Below are positions 11,463 through 21,100 of a stretch of 64,000 nt of DNA, piece by piece. Position numbers and translations under genes: made by a program. The DNA comes from Macrostomum hystrix. Taxonomy: Eukaryota; Animalia; Platyhelminthes. The number at the start of each line of letters is the position of its first letter. Position 1 is the first letter of the stretch. Where the stretch lies: NCBI GenBank assembly GCA_950097015.1, contig CATNEN010000032.1, forward strand, positions 1,054,001-1,118,000. The letters are read 5' to 3'. The notes below the pieces were generated by a model. It was not told the origin of the DNA. It was given only the letters and a program-made list of their open reading frames with translations, and did no database searches.

Positions 11463-12240
11463 CAACACCCAGTCTCTGAGTTTCTTTAAGACCACTTGCT
11501 CGGCTTTTGCGCGTCTTATACTGTACTGTTTTGATTTGCAATTCCCTAATGGTCATTTGCGATGATCGATATTGAATAAGGGAGTTTTTTGCATTGGCTG
11601 TTCCACCTGCCATCTATAATATAAATTTGCCAGAAAACACGATTGTACATTGCTTTTTATATTCAAATAAATTGTTTTAAAGTGTTATTTAAATTATACA
11701 CCAAAAACGAGTCATTTGATGAGCAGTGTTAACAAGCCTTGAAAACATGTTTTCGTTTTTTTGTATCGAATCCCTTCAGAAAGCGTTGAATGATCAGCAT
11801 AATTAACTCCCGAAAGCGCTCCGCTAATCAGGCGTCTTGTGTGCTGTTAGCAAATATATATATATTAGTTGTATACGAGCTACTGCACAAGCCTCTACAA
11901 AGCTTGCATGTTGAGTTCTTTGACCGGTAACTCGGTAAAGCTTTCTAGGGTACGGGAAAGATATTGACGCAATGATTTATCAATTTCGAGCCTGACAGAA
12001 GCCTTTTGCATGGCAAAAGTTATTAATTTTTCTAACCAGAGGTAGGCCATCAGAATGGGACTAAAAATATTTTCATGCAAACTTTATTAGCTCCATGAGA
12101 CAAGCCGAGCAATTATCAGTGGCGGACTGACAGTCCATCCCTCAGTCCTTCAGTAAATTGTCTTCTCAAAAAGCATGCTTATGCTTATTCTTGAGTCTAA
12201 TAAAAATAATAACTATGATCATTTTGCTACACCTTCCAAA

Positions 12241-12512
12241 ATGGGGCCATGCAGATGTGCAGCCGACAGCACAGCCGCAGCTATTGCGCGCCGCATCTGA
12301 AGGCTGCATCGGCTGTTCAGTCCATGGACTGGGGGGACGCCACACCCACCCTCAATTAGCCCAGCTAATGCTGGTACCCATTTAACAGCTGGGTGAACTG
12401 AAGCAATACTGAGTAAAGTGTCTTGCTAAAGGACATAATCGTTCTTGCTGAGTCAGGAATCGAACTCACGACCCTTAAGTCCGACGCCCTAGCCACAAGG
12501 CTGCAAGCCCCA
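12241..12512 (-). mobile_element. tRNA-derived SINE with a CORE-like central domain, copy A
   Basis: Minus strand reads GGGGCTTGCAGCCTTGTGGCTAGGGCGTCGGACT (A-box-like), GAGTTCGATTCC (B box), then TGTCCTTTAGCAAGACACTTTACTC..TTGCTTCAGTTCACCCAGCTGTTAAATGGGTACC. Homologous copies at 18466 and 60625. Confidence 0.75.
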
Positions 12513-13173
12513 ATCTCTCTGAGCCTAAGACCAACTCTCACTCACTCAATGGCTCTAAAGTCACTCACTGAATTGCGGATGATCTCATTCACCTAAGTCG
12601 TGAAAAAAGACTCGAGTGCACCACTTGGCTTGCGAATGAAATTTCTTTCAAACTACGAGCGTATTAGACGAGGTTAGGATTTTAAGATTCTTGCTTTGAA
12701 AATACAATCTAACAATTTCTTGGCTTTAGCTGCTGATGGACACACGCTTTGAGTTACACTTCTCACATACACTAGCTCGGACCCTTCTTGTCATCTCCGG
12801 AGCCGGATATCGATCAAGGAATGCGTTAAGGCATCGCTAGTGATAAAAGCTAATGACAACATCGTTTTGAAAAGCCTGAATGACAGTTGTCACAAACTCT
12901 GTCCCCTGCAAACTTGTGTGCTGTGGAAAATGGGTGTCCCGTTGTTGATCGTAAATTGCCTAGTTTTAGATGCATTAGATCAGAATGAAGGCAGGCTATG
13001 GGCAACCCATTCGATGCAGGTTTGTTGTGCCAATATAAAACACGGGTTGTCAAAGACTAAAAATGTGGCATGCTTTTTAATCCATATATTAGCTGAGGCG
13101 CTGCAACGGTTTTCAGTGTTTCAGTTAAAAGGTATTCATTCAATTTTTTCACCGAAATCTACACGCCCACAAA

Positions 13174-13929
13174 ATGGAATTGCGAGCTCTCCTGCTCCTG
13201 CTGTGGGTGTCTGCTACTCTGCCTGAGTCCTACAAGGCGGCCAGTTTTCATAAGACCACTGGAGTGGACTGTGTGAGCTCGAGCTTCTTCAGCATTGTGT
13301 CTGGGGTGTGCGTTGCACTTGAATGCGGCGCTCACTGTGTCAGAACTGAGAAATGCCAGGCTTTCAGGCTGATCGCTTCAGGCACCTGCGAGTGCAAGCT
13401 GTTCCTGTTCGATGCGTGCAGTCACCGAGTGCAGTCTGTGCCGAACTGCACCAATCAGGTCACTGTGTACTTGAGGTCTCTGCCTGGAGTGCCTCCGGGT
13501 CGACTGTGTCCACCTGAGTACCAGTACAGCAGGTACGGCACCTCGTACAAGGTGGTCACAGCCACAATGTCATGGGCCAATGCCAACATGACATGCAGTT
13601 CGGAGTTGGGACTGTCGAAGTTTGCAGACATCATCGATCCAGACGAAGCTTTCTATGTCGGACTGGTGAAACGGCAGGTTAGCGACTCATTTGACTACTT
13701 CATTGGAGGCTATCAGAAGGTCGGAGCTATAAGTCGTCACGACAGCTGGTTCTGGGCGGCCTGTAACATTCCGATCAACGTCAGCGTGTGGCATTCAAGA
13801 GAGCCGAGTAATGGAAGAGCTGGAGGGCAGGCCTGCACTCAGTTCTGGAACTACTACCAGGACGGCATTGACGACTGTGAATGTAGCTTCCCTAATCGAG
13901 CGATCTGCGAATGTCAGTCAGTTTTCTGA
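13174..13929 (+). CDS. Secreted PAN/apple + C-type lectin domain protein, copy 2 (251 aa)
   Basis: Same architecture as copy 1. Nucleotides 13186-13649 are almost identical to 10719-11182, and the C-terminal CTLD is diverged. Confidence 0.85.
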   Translation: MELRALLLLLWVSATLPESYKAASFHKTTGVDCVSSSFFSIVSGVCVALECGAHCVRTEKCQAFRLIASGTCECKLFLFDACSHRVQSVPNCTNQVTVYLRSLPGVPPGRLCPPEYQYSRYGTSYKVVTATMSWANANMTCSSELGLSKFADIIDPDEAFYVGLVKRQVSDSFDYFIGGYQKVGAISRHDSWFWAACNIPINVSVWHSREPSNGRAGGQACTQFWNYYQDGIDDCECSFPNRAICECQSVF

Positions 13930-14216
13930 TATTGACGTGCATCCCTTGGCGGCATACAGCACTTACTCCCCCAGCTCGAGATAACTGTTTTCAGTTTGAG
14001 GATGCCGGACATGACGTGCGGGGGTGGGGGTTGATACTACCTTGATACTACAATGACAATATCCCGTTTTCTTCTAGAAAATACGAATACAAGGATTGTA
14101 GCTGAATCACGATGCTGCCTGAACTGTATTTTAAAATTTGAGTTTTTAGATCTCCATTAAGAACATGAAAACTCCCTAAATATACTAAATTAGCGGCAGG
14201 GGGAACCTCATTAACA

Positions 14217-14733
14217 ACTGCAGCAGTAACCACAGCTAGAACTGCAGCAGTAACCACAGCTAGAACTGCAGCAGTAACCACAGCTAGAACTGCAGCAGTA
14301 ACCACAGCTAGAACTGCAGCAGTAACCACAGCTAGAACTGCAGCAGTAACCACAGCTAGAACTGCAGCAGTAACCACAGCTAGAACTGCAGCAGTAACCA
14401 CAGCTAGAACTGCAGCAGTAACCACAGCTAGAACTGCAGCAGTAACCACAACTAGAACTGCAGCAGTAACCACAGCTAGAACTGCAGCAGTAACCACAGC
14501 TAGAACTGCAGCAGTAACCACAGCTAGAACTGCAGCAGTAACCACAGCTAGAACTGCAGCAGTAACCACAGCTAGAACTGCAGCAGTAACCACAACTAGA
14601 ACTGCAGCAGTAACCACAGCTAGAACTGCAGCAGTAACCACAGCTAGAACTGCAGCAGTAACCACAGCTAGAACTGCAGCAGTAACCACAGCTAGAACTG
14701 CAGTAGTAACCACAGCTAGAACTGCAGCAGTAA
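14217..14733. repeat. Minisatellite, 24-bp unit ACTGCAGCAGTAACCACAGCTAGA, ~21 copies
   Basis: Near-perfect tandem array lying between the convergent 3' ends of lectin 2 and the collagen. Confidence 0.97.
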
Positions 14734-15159
14734 ATGATGATAAACGGAAATGAGAGAACGCAGCGCAACTGTTATAGTGAATTTTTTAGGTGCAATTTGT
14801 TTTTTTTTCGAGACCATTGCGGAATCTAAAATACAAATAAATTAATATAGCTTTTAAGGTGCATAATTTTCTGAACAATGATCTGTGCTTTTATTACGTC
14901 ATATCAAGTCTGGTTGTCAATCCGATTGCACAATTATAATAACCTAAGTTTGCTTAATTAACAAAAGGCAATTAAACCATATGCCTGGAAGCTATATTTG
15001 ATGGTTGATAGATAATGAAGGGTCACATGAGCTGAGACTAAGCGAATATTCACTCCTAAAATGTCTTTGTATAGGGACTATTGAATAGAGTCTTGACAAA
15101 TTAATATGTAGCTTATTTTAATAGTATTTGCACACTACTAACAGTAGCATCCCGTGGGA

Positions 15160-18100
15160 TCAGACGAAGCATACTAGCCCGATTTCAAAGCCGAAGGCTT
15201 GGCCTGGCTGGCCGACATCTCTCAGCTGAATGTCGCGAACTGGCAGCAGCTGGGGCTGGCCAGTCACCTCCAACTGGGTCAGCGATGTACCGTCTGAGCC
15301 GCCACCGCTGGTTGACTGCGATAAATCAAGGAGATGTCTAACTCAGTCAGTCACGCAAATATGGGGCTGGGCGCGAGGCGGGTGTCGGTAGGGGTAGGCA
15401 TTGATCGAGAAGATAAATTGTCTGAGGTTTGGAGTGAGGTGGATGTAGGGGTAGGAATGGAGCGAGAAGATAAATAGTCTGAGGTTTGGAGTGAGATGGA
15501 TGTAGGGGTAGGAATGGAGCGAGAATATAAATAGTCAGAGTTTGGGAGTGAGGTGGATTTAGGGGTAGGAATTGAGCGAGAAGATAAATAGTCTGAGGTT
15601 GGGAGTGAGGTGGATGTACGGGTTGGAATGGAGCGAGAAGATAAATAGTCTGAGGTTGGGAGTGAGGTGGATGTAGGGGTAGGAATGGAGCGAGAAGATA
15701 AATAGTCAGAGTTTGGGAGTGAGGTGGATGTAGGGGTAGGAATTGAGTGAGAAAAAGGGTCATGGAGTTGGGTTTGAGGTGGGTGGCGGTGAAGAAAAGG
15801 ATTAGGAATAGAGCGAGAAGGAAGGGTTATGGAGGAAAGGAACTTTTTTCCTGAAAGAAATAGTTGGGCGTAAGTGGAAAATGATTGACATGAGATACTA
15901 TGGATGAGTATGCTTACCTTGCAGCCGTCGCTGATGACCCTGTATCGGTGCTTCTTGTGCCGATGCTGCAGGACCTCGTCGTTGTCAGTCAGGAGTCGCA
16001 CAGCTCGGCTGTAGTCGCCGCTGGCCTCGCTGAATACAACGCTGAAGTTGGCACAGCCGACGCTGATGAGCTGGCGGGCCCGGCCGCTAAGGCGTTTCAG
16101 ATGGTTCAGCTGGCTGCCTTCAACTTCGTACAGCAACTGGAATTCAATGAGCAAAAGCAAGCCTTAAGGACACGATGACATCAAACAAGAATTGTCCCTG
16201 ATGTCCCTGATAAGTCGATTGAAACATAAAGTTTATTTTCAGAATTTTATCTAAGATATGTTGAGTCGATATTTTCCAAAAAAGAAAAAGAAATGGAAAA
16301 ATTCTCCACCTAACTCACATCGCCCTGGTTGAGGGCCTCCTCCACAAACCAGGCCGGGCCCGCCACGGGCCTGCGGAACCAGCCGTCCAGCTTGAAGCGG
16401 TCCCTCTTGGCCGGCACGCAGGTCTCGCCGGTGTCTCTGCGGCACTGGAACATCGCCGCGTCATCTGCCCGGCCGCCGTTCGGATCCAGCCAGTAGCGGC
16501 CGTTGGCCAGGCCGGGCCGTTGGCGAAACAGCTGGGCACAGGTGCGTCCCGGATGCTTTCGACTTCCGTCCGCCAAGCCGCCAGCCGACCGGCCGAACGC
16601 CAGATCGCGGGCGGCATCGTCGGCCTGCAGCAATGAGCCGCCGGCGGCCGGATCGTTGGCCATTGGTCCGGGCGGTCCGCGATGACCCTCGGGTCCTTTG
16701 GGGCCACGGTAACCCTGAATATGCGGGCCGGAAGGTCACTAAGTTAATAACTTTACTAAATAATTCTCGATGGTTCTATGTAATTTTCCTTGCTAAACGT
16801 TTAATTACTAGCTGTACTTTGAAGGCAAGCTTCGGCTAGCAAAACACGAACTCCAATATTCGACGCGTTGTACTCACCTGCGGTCCCTTCTCGCCTTTCA
16901 GGCCCTTAAGGCCAGGGCCGCCACGCGGTCCGGGATTGCCCCGGTGACCAGGGTGGCCGCGCTGGCCCCTGTAGCCGATATCACCCTCGAATCCCTTTTC
17001 TCCCTCGTCGCCAGCCCAGCCCGGGTGTCCCATCGGGCCGGCCACACCGGTGCGGCCGTTTTCGCCAGGCCAGCCCTCCGGCCCCGTGTTGCCCGGCTTG
17101 CCCTCGTCACCAATCGGTCCTGGATCTCCCGGGTCGCCCGGCTGGCCGTTTGTGCCGTTGGCGCCGATTGGTCCAGGCGGGCCAGTGGGGCCGCGATCGC
17201 CCGGACTGCCGAAGCGACCCTTTGGACCTTCCGGACCGGTGGTGCCGTTCAAGCCGGCTTCGCCAACCTGTCCATCTTTGCCGCGTTCGCCAGGATCTCC
17301 TCGTCTGCCGGATTGGCCCTTGACGCCGGCTGGACCTGCGTCTCCTCTGCGGCCCGTGGCACCCTGCAATGAGAGGCAGCGTGCGATTGGCGTGGGGTGG
17401 GTGCTCGCGGGGGTAGGAAGTGAAGTTAGACAGCTGGTGTGGGGTGGGTGCTCGCGGGGGTAGGAAGTGAAGTTAGACAGCTGGCGTGGGGTGGGTGCTC
17501 GCGGGGGTAGGAAGTGAAGTTAGACAGCTGGTGTGGGGTGGGTGCTCGCGGGGGTGGGAAGTGAAGTTAGACAGCTGGCGTGGGGTGGGTGCTTGCGAGG
17601 GTAGGAAGTGAAGTTAGACAGCTGGTGTGGGGTGGGTGCTCGCGGGGGTAGGAAGTGAAGTTAGAGAGCCGGTGTGGGGTGGGTGCTTTGGATGTGGAAT
17701 GAGGACCTTGCCATAAAGGTGCATTAAAAAAGGGCAGGTGCATTAAAAATCTCACCTGCGCGCCCCGAAATCCAGTCTCGCCATCGACGCCCTTGATACC
17801 GTTAGCACCAGCCTGACCTTTGTCACCTTTTTCGCCTCGGTGGCCGGGGTCGCCGACTGATCCACGAGCACCCGCAGCTCCGATGGCGCCTTTAGCGCCG
17901 ACCTCGCCAGCCGGACCATTTGCGCCAGCAGAGCCAGCGGCGCCAACGCTGCCCGACTCTCCGCGCTCACCTTTCAAACCCTTTTCGCCGCTCGGGCCGC
18001 GGGTCCCGTTGGCGCCGACTCCGCCAGTTGGTCCGGCGGTGCCTGGTTCGCCGCGCAGGCCGGGGAAGCCGGGCGCGCCGATCTGGCCTTTCGGCCCTGC

Positions 18101-21100
18101 CGGTCCGTCCGGGCCTTTCTCGCCTGGTGGGCCTGGCTGGCCTAGCGGAGCCTCCGAGGCACTGGACAGGCCGGGCCGTCCGTACTCGCCCGGAGCGCCG
18201 TTCGGACCTGAAAATCCCGTGGCGCCTTTGGCGCCGGCGTTGCCAGCGGCGCCTGTTTTGCCAGCCGAGCCACGGCTGCCCTTCTGGCCCTTGTCTCCGG
18301 GCGGGCCGGGTTGGCCTGGCTCGCCGAGTTTGCCCGCCACGCCCTGCAAGTTTCAGTGTGCGCCGGTTTTGACTCACAATGCCAAATTCTCGGATTCTGG
18401 AGCACAGCTCGCACAGATACGCTCGCACAGGTGTGTACGCCTACATTTACGTCACATCGTCACATGGGGTTGCAGCCTAGGGGTAGCCTAGCCTAGATTC
18501 CCGACTCCATAAGATCGATTTGAGTACTTTAGCAACACACTTTACTCTGTACTGCTTCAGTTCACCAAGCTAAAAAGGTACCAGCATTAGCTGGGGTAAC
18601 TGAGGGTGGGTCTGGTGTCCACCCAGTCCATAGACTGGGGAGCCGAACGAAGCCTTCAATTGCGCCGCGCAATAGCTGCAGCTGTGCTGTCGGCTGCACA
18701 CCTGGCCCAATCGGGGCAGGTGTAACTAATCGTGATTATTTTTATGAAATCTGCAGTGCATTTTTCATTGTCATGCAGCAGGGTGAATAGAAGCCCTGGA
18801 AATTAAGTGTCCAGGATGGAGAATCGAACTCGCGACCTCTCAGTCAGAAGTCTAACACTCTAATGACTATCAATACGCTTTGGGGTTCGCACAAACGGGC
18901 ATGAACTGCCAAAAAGAGCCGTGACAGCTTCTCACCGCCGGTCCGACTGGTCCGTGGACGCCGCGGTCGCCGTCATCGCCGTCAGTTCCATTGTGACCAG
19001 CCCGACCCTTGTCGCCTGGCTGGCCCTTGACGCCGGGGAACAAAATCTGGCCAAGGGACCGGCCCTGACCGGCGTAGCGAATCACCTTGCCTGACTCGCC
19101 CTGCTCACCCTGGGCAGCATGGGATGATATGAAATGGGATAAATTATCGGTGCCTTATAATATTACTCAAGTATGTTGTTCAAAAGAATTTTTTACTAGG
19201 ATAATTTCCTGTTGGATCAATGGTGATGGGGATAATTTCCTGTTGGATCAATGATGATGGTGATAATTTGCTGTTGGATCAACGATGATGGGGATAATTT
19301 CCTGTTGGATCAATGATGATGGGGATAATTTCCTTTTGTATCTACGGTGATTTCCTCTAGGATAAAAATAAATAGGAGATTATAAACTGTGTCGTCAACG
19401 ATAGTAAGGAAAAATCCCGAAAGAATCTACTACTGATGTGTATCAAAGTCCCAATGTATTGTGCACTTTGGGTACTGAAACATACGAATAATTGGCAACA
19501 TTCTGAACCAGGAAGAAAACTCACTGTTAAACCCTTTTTGCCGGCGTCGCCGCTTGAGCCCTTCTCGCCTCGCTCGCCTCGATCACCCTTGCTGCCGGCT
19601 GTGCCGTTTCTCCCGGCCGAGCCTTGCAGACCCTGACGATGATCAAAGAGATTGTCGCTTGGCGCATCAGAGAAACTGATTATGGGGCATTGTGGGCCGC
19701 ATCTGGCAAGCGGGCGGGATTTCCCGACCACTTACATAGACTGTCAGACCACATGATAGATTGTTATAGACTGTAAGGCACATTGACACGTGGATATCGA
19801 CCCTTAGATCAATTCGCTCACCTGGTTGCCGATTCGTCCCCTGGCCCCCTGCCGGCCATCGAGTCCCTTCGCGCCGGCATCGCCGTCTTCGCCCTTTGAG
19901 CCAGACGCGCCATCGTCGCCGGTCGGGCCGGGCTCGCCGAAGTCGCCTTTCGGACCTTCGAAGCCGGGACTGCCAACAGCGCCGGGGCCTCCTTTGGGGC
20001 CGTCGGCGCCGGGCTCTCCGCGTGGACCCGCCTCACCAGTGGGACCTCGCGGGCCAGGTGCGCCAACGCTGCCGTTAGGACCGACCGGGCCGGCTGAGCC
20101 ACGCGGGCCGGCGGCGCCGTCGATGCCGGCAGTTCCGTTGAGGCCAGGGGCGCCGGCTGGACCCGGGGCGCCTCTGGAACCTTTGGCGCCCACGCTGCCC
20201 AGGGCACCGGGGCGGCCCATAGCGCCTAGCTGGCCCTGAATTATTATTTACAAGATATGCTGTAATGCACTTTTTATGTACTTTTGCACAGTTTAAAATG
20301 TACTTTTACAAAAATTTAAATTTAATTTTTCACCGTTTAAAAAATCCATTTGCAATTAGCGTTACCTGTGTTTTTGCAACTTTTCTGGTCCACAGTTGCT
20401 TGAGACTATGGGCCCCCGTGCCTAAATAGTTTTCGCTTAAGATTTTTGTGCTCTTTAATAGTCCGCTGTTTTATTTAAAAAGCAGATTTGCACTTTTTTG
20501 GCATCTATTGTTATCTTGAGGAGTTTCTTGTATTATCGGCCAATCGAACAAACCTAATGCTGTGCTCACCCTGGCTCCCGGAAATCCGGACACGCCGACC
20601 GAGCCGCGAACTCCCGGACTTCCCGACGCACCGGCCTGACCCTTGGCTCCGTCCTGGCCGGCCAGGCCTTGCAGACCCTGCGCGCCCTTCTGTCCAGCTT
20701 GGCCAGCACGACCAGATTCACCCTGCGGATGGAAGATCATTTAGGATTTGAGTTTGGAGAAACGCTACTCCTACATCTACAAGACATTTCGTTACTTTTA
20801 ACAAGAGTAACTAATTTTACCTTCGTATAAAATCTTTCTTTTTTAAAGCAAATAAATATATTATGTTTTTTCGGCTACTTTTTTTGACAGTTTTTTTTTA
20901 TACTAGAGCAGCAGCCAGCAAGGTGGCAATTCTGCCCATTTCGCTGACTCCTGAGCACACGCAAACAGATACCGTAAGAAGGCATGCGCTCACACAGGTG
21001 TGTACATCTGCCCTGACTTTCTCATCGTCAGGCAGTGTACTTTCTCACTGTGCCTTGGAGGTTGGCCCTCAAGGGCTTAAATTGCACAACAAGCCCCCAA

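Noticed and set aside
11183-13929. Diversity-generating retroelement acting on the C-type lectin ends
   Set aside because: Differences are not adenine-specific and include many synonymous C/T changes. There is no template repeat or DGR reverse transcriptase; the nearby RT remnant is a dead RTE-type LINE.
14048-14768. ORFs with VVTAAVLA or GYCCSSSC repeats (keratin-associated/metallothionein-like)
   Set aside because: They are translations of a non-coding 24-bp minisatellite.
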